NCBI GenBank assembly: GCA_966248875.1
Contig: CBINBI010000011.1
Span: forward strand, 1,287-65,286
DNA from: an uncultured Rhodanobacteraceae bacterium
Lineage (GTDB): Bacteria > Pseudomonadota > Gammaproteobacteria > Xanthomonadales > Rhodanobacteraceae
Reading direction: 5' to 3'
Length of the DNA: 64,000 bases
Below the pieces are notes generated by a model. It worked only from the letters and a program-made list of their open reading frames with translations, did not search any database and had not been told where the DNA came from. Shown here piece by piece: positions 1 to 10,700 of this stretch. The translations under genes were made by a program, and so were the position numbers. How positions within the stretch are numbered: the stretch's first letter is position 1; each line of letters opens with the position of its first letter.

Positions 1-990
1 TCGGAGGCGGTAGCGCACGCCTCGCCCGCGGTGGTCAACATCTACGCGAACAAGATCACCACCTACCGCTATTCGATCGTCGATCCGCTGACGCAGCGGC
101 TGCTCGGCGTGCTGCCGGGATCGACCAAGCGTCTGCAGCAGAATCTGGGCTCCGGCGTGATCTTCAGCGCCGACGGCTACGTGCTCACCAACAATCACGT
201 GATCAGCGGTGCCGACGACATCCAGGTGCTGCTCGACCACGGCTCCGCGCATGCGCAGGTCGTCGGCACCGACGCAGAGACCGATCTCGCCGTGCTCAAG
301 ATTGACGCACAGGACCTGCCCACCATCGAGATCGCCGACGATGCGCAGGTCAATGTCGGCGACGTCGTGCTCGCGATCGGCAATCCGGTCGGCATCGGCA
401 AGACGGTCACGATGGGCATCGTCAGCGCGACCGGCCGGCAGCTGCGCATGTCGGCCTACGAGGACTTCATCCAGACAGACGCCGCCATCAACGCCGGCAA
501 TTCGGGCGGCGCGCTGGTCAACGCGCTCGGTGAGCTGGTCGGCATCAACACGGCGGTGTATCCGCGCACGCCGACGTCGGACGGCCGCAGCTACACGCCG
601 GGCGCCGAAGGCATCGGCTTCGCGATACCGGTCGCCACGGCGAAGACCGTGCTCGAGCAGATCATCAAGCATGGCAAGGTAATCCGCGGCTGGATCGGCG
701 TCGACTACACGGACGTGCAGATGCAGCCCGGCAGCCGCCTGCGCCCGCGCGGCGTGTTCGTCACGCGCGTGATCCCGGACAGCCCTGCTGCGGCCACCGG
801 CTTGCAGCCCGGCGACGTGCTGCTCTCGCTCGACGGCACACCGATCATCGATCAGATCGACCTCGTCAACCGCGAGGCCGCGATCCCGCCCGGCACGCGC
901 GTGCACATCGAGGGCGTGCGTCGCAACATGCCCTTCAGCGCTGACCTGACACTCGTGCAGCGCCCGCCGCCGAGCACGACCGGCGCATGA
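1..990 (+). CDS. S1C (HtrA/DegS/AlgW-like) periplasmic serine protease with one C-terminal PDZ domain; 5' end cut by the window edge
   Basis: The frame is open from base 1 (SEAVAHASPAVVNIY...); the track ORF is 31..990. Catalytic-triad contexts are TNNHV, DLAVLK and GNSGGALVN. PDZ-like segment GVFVTRVIPDSPAAATGLQPGDVLLSLDG. Confidence 0.85.
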   Translation, partial: SEAVAHASPAVVNIYANKITTYRYSIVDPLTQRLLGVLPGSTKRLQQNLGSGVIFSADGYVLTNNHVISGADDIQVLLDHGSAHAQVVGTDAETDLAVLKIDAQDLPTIEIADDAQVNVGDVVLAIGNPVGIGKTVTMGIVSATGRQLRMSAYEDFIQTDAAINAGNSGGALVNALGELVGINTAVYPRTPTSDGRSYTPGAEGIGFAIPVATAKTVLEQIIKHGKVIRGWIGVDYTDVQMQPGSRLRPRGVFVTRVIPDSPAAATGLQPGDVLLSLDGTPIIDQIDLVNREAAIPPGTRVHIEGVRRNMPFSADLTLVQRPPPSTTGA

Positions 991-1502
991 GGCGGCGGCC
1001 GATCCGCATGGATTCATCCGGCGAAACCAGAGTGCGCGAGGCACGCGCGGGCGACACGGCGTTCATCCTGAGCCTCGTGCCGCGCTTCGTCGCCTTCGAG
1101 CTGCCGCCGTGGCGCGACCGCGACGAAAGCGCCGAGGGCGTGCGCCGCGATATCGAACGGCACCTGGGAGAGAGCCCCGAAGGCTCGCACTTCTTCGTCG
1201 CGGAAGCCGACGATTCCGAAACCGGAGCGGCGACTCCGGCCGGCTTCCTCCATCTGCTGTCGACGGTCGACTTTTTCACCGGCGCGCCGAACTGCCACGT
1301 CTCCGATCTCGCCGTGGCGCCGGCCTTCGACAGGTGCGGCGTCGGCAGCCGGCTGCTCGCGTTCGCGGAAGACTGGGCGAAGCGCCACGGCTGCCGCTAC
1401 ATCACGCTCGGCGTCTTCCCCGGAAATGCCCGCGCGCGGGCCCTTTACGAGCGGCACGGATACGGCGTCGAGCTGCTGCGCATGGCGAAACCCGTCCGCT
1501 GA
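987..1502 (+). CDS. GNAT family N-acetyltransferase
   Basis: ATGA start/stop overlap with the protease gene (987-990). GNAT core ...VSDLAVAPAFDRCGVGSRLLAFAEDWAKRHGCRYITLGVFPGNARARALYERHGY. Confidence 0.8.
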   Translation: MRRRPIRMDSSGETRVREARAGDTAFILSLVPRFVAFELPPWRDRDESAEGVRRDIERHLGESPEGSHFFVAEADDSETGAATPAGFLHLLSTVDFFTGAPNCHVSDLAVAPAFDRCGVGSRLLAFAEDWAKRHGCRYITLGVFPGNARARALYERHGYGVELLRMAKPVR

Positions 1503-1648
1503 GCGTTTTCCAAGCGCAAAGCTTTTGGTCTATGCTGCGCGGCGCCTCTGGCCGGGAGCCGGTTTTTCGAGGCTGCGGCGCGTTTTCGCCATGGCCGATG
1601 GTCCGGAGCCCAGGCCCGAGGGGTTCCAACGCCACCTCGGAGGTGAGC

Positions 1649-2242
1649 ATGCTTGCGGAAGTTCGAACTTCCGGCGACATCCATAGCACCCGCGTCCTGT
1701 CCCTGGACTCCACCGGGCGCATCCTGGACTGGATGAGCTGGCAGGACGCGGTGTGCCTTTACGTACGTGGCGCCGTCGCATGGACCCTCGGCGATCCCTG
1801 CCTCACGATCCGCGGCGGCATGAGCCGCCTCACCGGCCGGCAGTCGACGTTGGCGCTGCACCCGATCGTCGCCAGCACGGGGCACGCGCGGCCCGCCGCC
1901 ATCGACCCCGCGCCGGCGCTGACGAACGTCGCGCTGTTCGCGCGCGATCGCATGCTGTGCATGTACTGCGGCAACCACTTCCACCGCAGCGAGCTGACGC
2001 GCGATCACGTCCTGCCGGTGTCGAAAGGCGGCCGCGACGAGTGGGAAAACGTCGTGACCGCGTGCTGGTCGTGCAACGTCAGGAAAGGCGGACGCACGCC
2101 GCAGCAGGCAAACATGCCGCTGCTCGCCGTGCCGTACCGGCCGAGCTGGGTCGAGCACCTGATCCTCTCGAACCGGAACATCCTCGCCGACCAGATGGAT
2201 TTCCTGGTCAATCATCTGCCGAAGAACCGGCGGCCGCATTGA
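1649..2242 (+). CDS. Stand-alone HNH endonuclease (~197 aa)
   Basis: HNH/Zn-finger motif CMYCG...LTRDHVLPVSKGGRDEWENVVTACWSCNVRKGGRTP. ATG at 1649 is preceded by GGAGG (1639-1643). The upstream part of track ORF 1109..2242 is Arg-rich shadow sequence. Confidence 0.8.
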   Translation: MLAEVRTSGDIHSTRVLSLDSTGRILDWMSWQDAVCLYVRGAVAWTLGDPCLTIRGGMSRLTGRQSTLALHPIVASTGHARPAAIDPAPALTNVALFARDRMLCMYCGNHFHRSELTRDHVLPVSKGGRDEWENVVTACWSCNVRKGGRTPQQANMPLLAVPYRPSWVEHLILSNRNILADQMDFLVNHLPKNRRPH

Positions 2243-2372
2243 GGCGCAGCGCGCCCGACGGCGCGCGGCTGCGAGGCCGCCTTGTGCCGCTCGGCGCCGT
2301 CCGCTGCACCGAGCTTGCGGCGACACTGCCAGGCGGCGGCACCACGCCGCTGCTTCGCGACGTTTTCGTTCC

Positions 2373-4277
2373 ATGATCCGAGATTCCGCCGTTCCTCCTC
2401 CCGAGCGCGTCGAGACTGCCGGCAGCACCGACGCGCTCCCGATCGCGCCCGCGCTCGGCATGGCGCTCGAAGCGGCGCGCATGCCGCGCCGCTCCACGCT
2501 CGTCGATCGCCGCGTCGTTCTCGTCACTGCCATCGCGATCGTGCTCGGTCTCGCCGCGGCCTTCATCGCGCAGATGCTCACCGCACTGATCGGTCTCGTC
2601 ACGAATCTCGCGTACTACGGACGCTGGGACACTGCTTTCGTCGCGCCGGGCCGCCATCACCTGGGCGCGTGGGCGATCGCGGTGCCGGTCATCGGCGGGC
2701 TTCTCGTCGGCGCGATGGCCCGCTGGGGCTCGCAGGCGATCCGCGGCCACGGTATTCCCGAGGCGATGGAACAGGTGCTGCTCAACGAATCGAAGATCGC
2801 CCCGCGCATCACGTTCCTGAAGCCGCTGTCATCGGCCGTCGCGATTGGCACCGGCGGGCCGTTCGGCGCCGAAGGCCCGATCATCGCGACCGGCGGCGCG
2901 CTCGGCTCGTTCATCGGGCAGCTGCTGCACGTCACCGCGATCGAGCGCAAGACACTGCTCGCGAGCGGTGCCGCAGCCGGCATGGCGGCCGTGTTCGGCT
3001 CGCCGGTCTCCGCGGTGATCCTCGCCGTCGAGTTGCTGCTGTTCGAGCTCCGGCCACGCTCGCTGATTCCCGTCGCGATGGCCGCCGTCGCCGCCACGGC
3101 GGTCCGCTTCGCGACGGTCGGCTCGGCGCCGGTGTTCGCCATGCCCGACGTCGCCGCGCCGGGCGGTGCGGCGCTCGTCTTCTATGTCGCGCTCGGTGCG
3201 CTGCTCGGGCTGGCCAGCGTCGGTGTCACGCGCATCGTGTACGCCGTGGAGGATGCGTTCGAGCGCCTGCCGATCCACTGGATGTGGTGGCCCGCGCTCG
3301 GCGGCGTCGCGGTCGGTCTGGTCGGGTTCGTCGCGCCGGCGACGCTCGGCGTCGGCTACACGAACATCGAAGGCATCGTCGCAGGCCATTTCACCACGGC
3401 GGCGCTGGTCGTGCTCTGCGTCGCGAAGTTCGTCTCGTGGGCGATCGCGCTCGGCAGCGGCACGTCGGGCGGCACACTCGCGCCGCTGTTCACGATCGGC
3501 GGCGCCATCGGCGGCGCCATCGGGTTTGCAGCGGTGGCGATGCTGCCCCGGCTCGGCGTCGATCCGCGCATCGCGGGCCTGGTCGGCATGGCCGCGATCT
3601 TCGCCGGCGCCTCGCGCGCGCTGCTCGCATCGGTCGTGTTCGCCTTCGAGACGACGCTGCAGCCGTTCGGCCTGTTGCCTCTGCTCGGCGGCTGCGCGGC
3701 GGCGTATCTCATCTCGGCGCTGATGATGCGCAACACGATCATGACCGAGAAGATCGCGCGACGCGGCGTGCGCGTGCCGACCGAGTACGCCGCCGATTTC
3801 CTCGAGCAGGTCCTCGTGCGCGACGCGGCGACGCGCGACGTCGTCACGCTGAAGACGTCCGACGAGCTGGCCGAAGTGCGGAGCTGGATCAACTCCGGCC
3901 GCGCGGAGGCGCAGCACCAGGGCTATCCCGTCATCGACGATCAGGGCCGGCCGCGCGGCGTGGTCACACGGCGCGATCTCCTGGATCCCGATCTTCCCGG
4001 CATCCGCCGCATCGGCGATCTCCTCAAGCGCGCGCCGATCGTCGTGCACGAGCACCATTCGCTGCGCGAAGCGGCCGATCACATGGTCGAGCAGAATGTC
4101 GGACGCGTGCTGGTCGTTGCCGCGGATGATCCGCAGCGGCTGATCGGAATTTTGACGCGCGGCGATCTGCTCGCCGCGCACGCGCGCCGGCTGCGCGAGA
4201 CGCACGCAGCCGGGCGCCACATCCGCGTGCGCCAGGTGCTGAAGCGCACGTTCGCGCGCGAGCGCGACGCGGGCTGA
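2373..4277 (+). CDS. ClC-family voltage-gated chloride channel/antiporter with a C-terminal CBS-domain pair
   Basis: ClC signatures GSQAIRGHGIPE, GTGGPFGAEGP and GSGTSGGTLAPLF, with about 10 hydrophobic helices. The C-terminal halves (VLVRDAATRDVVTL... / HHSLREAADHMVEQNVGRVLVV) are typical of CBS pairs. Confidence 0.9.
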   Translation: MIRDSAVPPPERVETAGSTDALPIAPALGMALEAARMPRRSTLVDRRVVLVTAIAIVLGLAAAFIAQMLTALIGLVTNLAYYGRWDTAFVAPGRHHLGAWAIAVPVIGGLLVGAMARWGSQAIRGHGIPEAMEQVLLNESKIAPRITFLKPLSSAVAIGTGGPFGAEGPIIATGGALGSFIGQLLHVTAIERKTLLASGAAAGMAAVFGSPVSAVILAVELLLFELRPRSLIPVAMAAVAATAVRFATVGSAPVFAMPDVAAPGGAALVFYVALGALLGLASVGVTRIVYAVEDAFERLPIHWMWWPALGGVAVGLVGFVAPATLGVGYTNIEGIVAGHFTTAALVVLCVAKFVSWAIALGSGTSGGTLAPLFTIGGAIGGAIGFAAVAMLPRLGVDPRIAGLVGMAAIFAGASRALLASVVFAFETTLQPFGLLPLLGGCAAAYLISALMMRNTIMTEKIARRGVRVPTEYAADFLEQVLVRDAATRDVVTLKTSDELAEVRSWINSGRAEAQHQGYPVIDDQGRPRGVVTRRDLLDPDLPGIRRIGDLLKRAPIVVHEHHSLREAADHMVEQNVGRVLVVAADDPQRLIGILTRGDLLAAHARRLRETHAAGRHIRVRQVLKRTFARERDAG

Positions 4278-4529
4278 TCCTGCGCGCACGCCCGTCGTCC
4301 CGGCGAACGCCGGATCCGTTTCCCGGATCACGAACGAGGTTGGCAAGAGAACATACCGCACTGCTGCCGCGGGCGAACGGCAGGCTCGGCAGGTGCCGCA
4401 TCGGGGATGCCGCGACCGGTGCCGGACTTCCCGCGCCAAGCCGTTGAATCGGCTCGAATCCGCCAGCAAGTTCCTTGCCGCGTCCCCGCCTGCGTTGGAC
4501 AATAAGCGCTCACGAGCCCTGCCCCTCCG

Positions 4530-6425
4530 ATGATCGATCCCAAGCGCTACCCGCATCTCGCACGCATCGAGACGCCCGAAGACCTCCGCAGGATTCCGGA
4601 AACGGAGCTCGAGAACGTCGCGCGCGAGCTGCGCGCCTACCTGATCGAGTCGGTGGCGACGTCGGGCGGCCATTTCGGCGCGGGCCTCGGCGTCGTCGAG
4701 CTGACCGTCGCACTGCACTGGCTGTTCGACACGCCGCGCGACCGGCTCGTCTGGGACGTCGGCCACCAGTGCTATCCGCACAAGATCCTGACCGGCCGCC
4801 GCGACCGCATCACGACGATCAAGAAGAAGAATGGCCTCGCGCCGTTTCCGAAGCGCGAGGAAAGCGAATACGACACGTTCGGCGTCGGCCATTCGTCGAC
4901 GTCGATCAGCGCCGCGCTGGGCATGGCGATCGCCGCGCAGCGCAAGGGCGACAACCGCAAGATCGTCGCCGTCATCGGCGACGGCGCGATGGGCGCCGGC
5001 ATGGCCTTCGAAGCGCTGAATCACGGCGGCGACGTCGAACCCGACATGCTCGTGATCCTGAACGACAACGGCATGTCGATCAGCGAGAACGTCGGCGCGA
5101 TGACGAAGATGCTGGCGCGCCTGATGGCGAGCCGCACGCTGAATCGCATCCGCGAGCACGGCAAGAAGATGATGAAGCGCGGCGGCTTCGCCTGGCGCTT
5201 CGTCAAGCGCTGGGAAGAACACGCCAAGGGCATGTTCGTGCCGTCCACGCTGTTCGAGGAGCTCGGCTTCCACTACACCGGGCCGATCGACGGGCATGAC
5301 ATCCCGCTGCTCGTCTCGACGATCCGCACGCTGAAGGAGCTGAAAGGCCCGCAGCTCCTGCACGTGATCACGACCAAGGGCAAGGGCTACCCGCCCGCCG
5401 AGCGCGAGCAGATCGAGTACCACGCGGTCGGCCCCTTCGATCCACAGGCCGGCATCGTCAAGAAGCCTGGCGCGTCGAAGCCGACCTACACCGAGATCTT
5501 CGGCGACTGGCTCTGCGACATGGCGGCCGAGGAGCCGCGCCTGCTCGCAATCACGCCGGCCATGCGCGAAGGCTCGGGCCTGGTCCGTTTCTCGCGCGAG
5601 TTTCCGGAACGCTATTTCGACGTCGGCATCGCCGAGCAGCACGCAGTCACGCTCGCGGCCGGCATGGCCTGTGAAGGCGCCAAGCCCGTCGTCGCAATCT
5701 ATTCGACGTTCCTGCAGCGCGCCTACGATCAGCTGATCCACGATGTCGCGCTGCAGGATCTCGACGTCACGTTCGCGATCGACCGCGGCGGCCTCGTCGG
5801 CCCCGACGGCCCGACGCATGCGGGCAGCTTCGATCTTTCCTATCTGCGCTGCATCCCGAACATGGTCGTGATGGCGCCGGCCGACGAGGCCGAATGCCGC
5901 AGCATGCTGACGACCGCGTTCCGGCACGCGGGCCCGGCCGCCGTGCGCTATCCGCGCGGTGCCGGTACCGGGGTCGCGGTGCAGAACGAGCTCGGCACGC
6001 TGCCGATCGGAAAGGCCGAAATCCGCCGGCGCGGACGCGGCATCGCGATCCTCGCGTTCGGCGCGATGGTGGCGCCCGCGACCCGCGTTGCCGAGACGAT
6101 CGACGCGACGCTGGTCAACATGCGCTTCGTCAAGCCCCTCGACGAAGCGCTGCTGCTCGAGCTTTCTGCGACGCATTCGGCCTTCGTCACCGTCGAGGAC
6201 AACGCCATCGCGGGCGGTGCCGGCAGCGGCGTCGCCGAGTTCCTGGCGGCGCGTGAGATCGCGCTGCCGATCCTGCACCTCGGCCTCCCCGACGGCTTTC
6301 TCGATCACGGCAGCCGCGAGGAGCTGCTGGCCCAGGCCGGGCTCGACGCGCCGTCGATCGAAAGCGCGATCCGCGCACGCTTCGGCACGTTCATGCCTGT
6401 GTCGGGCCTGCGCAGCGCCGGCTGA
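4530..6425 (+). CDS. dxs: 1-deoxy-D-xylulose-5-phosphate synthase
   Basis: Full-length 631 aa with hallmarks [36 protein letters not shown] and [18 protein letters not shown] (ThDP binding), plus transketolase-like Pyr and C-terminal domains. Confidence 0.97.
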   Translation: MIDPKRYPHLARIETPEDLRRIPETELENVARELRAYLIESVATSGGHFGAGLGVVELTVALHWLFDTPRDRLVWDVGHQCYPHKILTGRRDRITTIKKKNGLAPFPKREESEYDTFGVGHSSTSISAALGMAIAAQRKGDNRKIVAVIGDGAMGAGMAFEALNHGGDVEPDMLVILNDNGMSISENVGAMTKMLARLMASRTLNRIREHGKKMMKRGGFAWRFVKRWEEHAKGMFVPSTLFEELGFHYTGPIDGHDIPLLVSTIRTLKELKGPQLLHVITTKGKGYPPAEREQIEYHAVGPFDPQAGIVKKPGASKPTYTEIFGDWLCDMAAEEPRLLAITPAMREGSGLVRFSREFPERYFDVGIAEQHAVTLAAGMACEGAKPVVAIYSTFLQRAYDQLIHDVALQDLDVTFAIDRGGLVGPDGPTHAGSFDLSYLRCIPNMVVMAPADEAECRSMLTTAFRHAGPAAVRYPRGAGTGVAVQNELGTLPIGKAEIRRRGRGIAILAFGAMVAPATRVAETIDATLVNMRFVKPLDEALLLELSATHSAFVTVEDNAIAGGAGSGVAEFLAAREIALPILHLGLPDGFLDHGSREELLAQAGLDAPSIESAIRARFGTFMPVSGLRSAG

Positions 6426-6435
6426 CGCGGCGACG

Positions 6436-6468
6436 AAAAAAGCCCCCGGCCGGTACTGCGCCGGGGGC
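6436..6468. terminator. GC-rich hairpin 11 nt after the dxs stop; the U-tract exists only on the minus-strand transcript
   Basis: Perfect 9-bp stem GCCCCCGGC (6442-6450) / GCCGGGGGC (6460-6468). AAAAAA at 6436-6441 gives UUUUUU only when read on the minus strand. On the plus strand the stem is followed by TGCTCC. Confidence 0.7.
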
Positions 6469-6892
6469 TGCTCCTCCCCACTTCGAACCGCCGTCCTGGC
6501 GGCTCCCTCTCGGATCCCTCCCCGCTGCATCCTGCTGCGGTCAGTGCCGGCCTTCGCTGGCCTGGCACGCGGCGCTCACGCGCGGCTGTGTCGGGGCTTC
6601 ATCGGCGGCCGGGGCGCCATGCGCGCTGCCTGACCACGTGCACAGCATCGCCGTTTGCAGGCTGCGCTTCCGCGCAGCACTCGTCGGCAGGCGCGCGCAG
6701 CCGTGCACGCCGCGACTGCGAACTGGATCACGGAGGGATCGATGCGCGCTTGGCGCAGGGGCGCCGCGAGCCTCAGCGGAAGCGGCCGAGGTCCATTTCC
6801 GACGAGCAGACGACGACGTCGTCGAGATAGCCGCAGCGGCGAAGAGACCACTAACGCGCGACGCGTCGGCACATCAGTATAGAACCGGAGTA

Positions 6893-7726
6893 TCAACCGA
6901 TTCGGCGGCCCAGCGTGACGCGCTCGTGGCCCGCGTGATCGCATTCGCTGGCGATGTCTGCATATTCGCCCGCTTCTAGCAGCGCACGCACGCTCGCCGC
7001 CTGATCCCAGCCGTGCTCGAGCAGCAGCCAGCCGCCCGCTTCGAGGTGCGCCGGCACCTCGGCGACGATGCGCCGGATCGCATCGAGCCCGTCCGCGCCG
7101 GACACCAGGGCCGCGATGGGCTCGTAGCGAAGATCGCCCGCGTCGAGGTGCGGATCGCCCTCAGCGACATACGGCGGATTCGAGACGATCATATCGAAGC
7201 GCGCGCCGCCGAGCGCCTTGCACCAGTCGCCCTGCGCGAAAGTCGCGTTGCGAAGCCCGAGGCGCGTGGCGTTGCCTTGCGCCACGGCAAGCGCGGCGGC
7301 GCTCACGTCCGTCGCCACGACGCTCGTGCGCGGCCTTTCGCTGGCGATCGCGAGCGCGATCGCGCCGGAGCCCGTGCCGAGATCGGCCACACTCGCTTCG
7401 CAATCGAGCGGCATGCGCGCGAGCGCGAGCTCGACCAGCAGCTCCGTCTCGGGCCGCGGAATCAGCACATCCGGCGTCACTTCGAGATCGAGCGAGCGGA
7501 ATTCGCGGCGACCGATCAGATAGGCGATCGGCTCGCCGCGTTCGCGCGCGGCGACCTGCCGCTCGAACGCGTCGCACACTTCGGCGCTGGGCTCGTGCTC
7601 CGGCCACGCATAAAGCCATGCGCGCGAAACGCCCAGCGCGTGCGCCAGCAGCAGCTCGGCTTCGAGCCGTGCCGCGTCGCCGCCGAGTCGGCGCGTGGCG
7701 CTCGCGAGCAGGTCGCGAACGCTCAC
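6893..7726 (-). CDS. prmC: Peptide chain release factor N5-glutamine methyltransferase
   Basis: 277 aa from GTG 7726. Carries GEPIAYLIGRREF, LIPRPETE, the SAM motif DLGTGSGAIALA and the catalytic NPPY (IVSNPPYV). The length matches E. coli PrmC. GTG overlaps the upstream stop as GTGA (7723-7726). Confidence 0.93.
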   Translation of the reverse strand: MSVRDLLASATRRLGGDAARLEAELLLAHALGVSRAWLYAWPEHEPSAEVCDAFERQVAARERGEPIAYLIGRREFRSLDLEVTPDVLIPRPETELLVELALARMPLDCEASVADLGTGSGAIALAIASERPRTSVVATDVSAAALAVAQGNATRLGLRNATFAQGDWCKALGGARFDMIVSNPPYVAEGDPHLDAGDLRYEPIAALVSGADGLDAIRRIVAEVPAHLEAGGWLLLEHGWDQAASVRALLEAGEYADIASECDHAGHERVTLGRRIG

Positions 7727-10700
7727 GCGCGCGCTTCCGGGGGTGGCGGCGCTGCCGCCGGAATGTCGACCGCGGACTTGCGCGGCAGCGCGCGCCAGTA
7801 GCCGTCGCGCGTCCACGCCGAAAACCCGTAGCGCAGCCAACCGACGACGGCATTCGCGAGCCAGAGCGCCCAGGCGAGCATCGCAAGCTTGTAGACCCAG
7901 AGCGGAACGCTGACGGCGACCGCGCGCGGCAGCTCGTCCACGCTCCGATCGGCAAACCAGCGCAGCGCGTGCGCGGACGATCCGTAGCCTTCCACGTGCA
8001 TGTCCGGCGAGCCCAGCAAACCTTGCGGAATCGCGGCGGCGAGTGCGAAGAGCGCGATCAGTGTCAGCAACGCAAGCCCGATCTGCCCAAGGTTGAACAG
8101 CACCGGCGACGCCGGCGAGGCACCGCGCGCGCGCCAGTCCAGCGCAAACAGCCAGACGACGACGAACACCAGCGCGACCCACGAGAACGTCGAGAATCCG
8201 ATGCCGAGCAGGATCCAGTGCCAGAGCTTCAACGGCGTGCGCCGCGTGCGCGCGAGCGCCCAGGCGACGAGCAGCATGACAGCGAGCTCGCTCCAGTACA
8301 GCACGGCCGGGCCTTGCGCCGGCCCGAAGGCCGCGAGCAGCCAGCGATCGGCCGGCACATCGACCCAAAGCTCGATATTCGCCGCCGGCACGCCAAGCGC
8401 GATCGCCGGCGTGCGCGTCATGAAGGCCACCGGCACTGCTTCGCGCAAACGGATCTGGAAGGTCTGGCTGCCCGGCAGCAGCGGCAGGCTCAGCTTACCG
8501 TCGCGGGGACGCAGGTTGAGCGTTTCGCCGTTGCGCGTGACGTTCATGACTTCGGCGCCGGCCGGCAAAGTGATCACGTGCTCACCGCCCTGGCTCGCGC
8601 GCATCGAGAGACTCAGCACGGCATCCGAAGCGCGCTGCCCGGCGTTCAGCACGAGGCCGGCGCGATCGATCGCGCGCGTCGATCCCTCGGCAGGCTCCGG
8701 CCGGCTGATGCGCAGCGTCAGCGTCTCGCCGGGCAGCGGATGGAAATCGAAGCGACGGTAATCGTTCCTGTCCGTGTCGGCGTCCGCGCTGACGGGCACG
8801 CCGCTGGCTTCGACGTGCCAGATCGGGCTCGCCGTGACGTGCCACACTTCGGCGCGATCGGTCAGCGCGGGCGCGGTCAGCGTCAGCGTGTCGCCCTTGT
8901 CGAGCGTGCTGTTCCAGGAAACGCTGCTTTCGCCGTCGGCGATCGCGGCGATCACCTCGCCGCCTTCCGTGCGCACATCGGACGTCGTCACGTGCTCTCC
9001 CGCGAGCACGGGAATCGAGACCGTGAAACCGCCCTCCTCCGGCGCGAGGCGCTGCGCGGTGCTCGACACCGACCAGTCCAGACCGAGCATGATGTCGCGC
9101 TCGACGCGTACGAACGGCGCGAACCGCTGCGACGCCGTCGTCGATGCCGAGCTTCCGGTTTCTCGCGAGCGCGCGAGCGACAGCGTCTCGGTCAGGAGCC
9201 GGCTCTCGTTGATGCCGCTCGCCTGCCAGCCGTCGCCGTCGAATTCGACACGCATCGGCCGCAGCGGGAACCTGAGCGCGACCTTGTCGGCCGTCGCCGC
9301 GTAGGCCAGCTCCACGCGGTGCACGCCGCGCGCCAGAGCCACGTAGATCTCGTCCTTGCTCCGCGCGAGCGCGTCCTGCCTCACGCCGTCGACGCTGACG
9401 CTGCGCAGGGTCAGCGCATCGCCACCGGCAGGTACCGGCGATGCGACGCGCGACGCCGCGTGCACTTCGAGCGCGACGCGGATCTCGTCGCCGTGCGCGA
9501 CAACCGCCGCGTGCGCGAGCGTCGCGCAGGCGGGCACGCACTTCGGCGCTTCGAGCAACCGCGAGTGCAGTTCGTCGAGCAGCTTCTCCGGCGGAAACGC
9601 CTGCGCGCGTACCGGCGCCGACGCCGCGAGCAGCGAAATCGCCAGCACACCGCCCAGAGACGCCACGGCGCGCGGCGGCATGCGGAGACTTCCGCGCGCC
9701 AGGCGTACGATCAGCACGGCGAGCAGCGCGACCAAGGCCACGCGCAGCGCGCGCACCAGCCACGGCGGCGCGATCACGAGGCGCATGGTCTGGTTCGGCA
9801 GCACCGGGCCGCTCCAGCCGAGCACGTAACGCTCGCCGAGGTTCCAGTTCGGCTCGCCCGCACCGGTCTGCACGACGGTCGCTTGGTTGTAATGGCCGAT
9901 GATGTCGGTGCGGCGGACGTTCGCGCCACTCACCTGCCGGGTGTCAGGCCAGGTATTCTCCTCGGCGTCACGGCCTATCGACTCCGGAAGCGGAGCCGAA
10001 GCCGGCGGCGGCGGTGCGACAACCTGCTCGAACTCTTCCAGCGGCTGCGGCATCGCGTCCCCTTCAGCGCTTTTCTGCACCGGAGCCCTGTGTCTCGGCA
10101 GGCCCATGTCGGCATAGGCAGGCGTCGCCCCCTGGAGCTGCGGATGCAGCGCGAAGCGAAGCTGCTCCGCGACGAACGGCAGCGCGACCAGCACGAGCAG
10201 CGCGAGCGCAGCGCGGCGCACCCACACGGCCGCGGTCGAGAGCCGGCCTGCTGGCAACGCGCGCGCGATGAGACCGAACGCGAGCGCTGCGAGCAGCGTC
10301 CACAGCGGCGCGCCGGACTCCTGATAACCGAGCACGAGATAGCCAGCCGCGGCCGCCGCGCCTGCGACCCCGAACAGCCTCCACGCGAGCAGAACGACGA
10401 TCGCCGCGATAAAGACATCCAGCAGCGTCCAGGACGAGAACCAGCTTCCGCCCGCGCTGTCGGCGCCGGGCGCGCCGAGCAGCTTGTATCCGCTGGGCAG
10501 GTGCAGCGTCGCGGTCACGCGGTCGAAACTGTCCTGCCAGCCGGTGACCGGCATCGCGCCACGCGCCGCAGCGAAGCGCAGGCCGGCCGTGAGGTCGACG
10601 GCGGGCGTGCGCCACTCGACGCCGGTGCTGCCGGGTGCCGCGCCGCGCGTGACGAGCAGGCTTTCGCCGTTGCCGTCTCGGAGTCTCGAATTCAGCGCGG

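Noticed and set aside
1109-1648. N-terminal 180 codons of track ORF 1109..2242 (would extend the HNH protein)
   Set aside because: It overlaps the GNAT gene in another frame and reads as Arg-rich nonsense (RRKRRGRAPRYR...). A good ATG with GGAGG at 1649 begins the conserved HNH protein.
4441-4470. GGCTCGAATCCGCC, reminiscent of a tRNA T-arm, upstream of dxs
   Set aside because: No acceptor, D or anticodon stems can be drawn around it, and there is no matching 3' end. I judge it a chance similarity.
2829-6530. 1233-aa minus-strand ORF spanning the ClC and dxs genes
   Set aside because: It is antisense to two genes with unmistakable family motifs. The product is dominated by Arg/Ala/Asp/Gly runs (RRRR, HRDR) typical of shadow frames in high-GC DNA, and no motifs were recognised.
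6576-6944. 122-aa minus ORF in the dxs-prmC spacer
   Set aside because: It overlaps the prmC 3' end, is extremely Arg-rich (RRRRRLL), has mixed third-position GC and no RBS. It is kept only as part of the unexplained-region finding.
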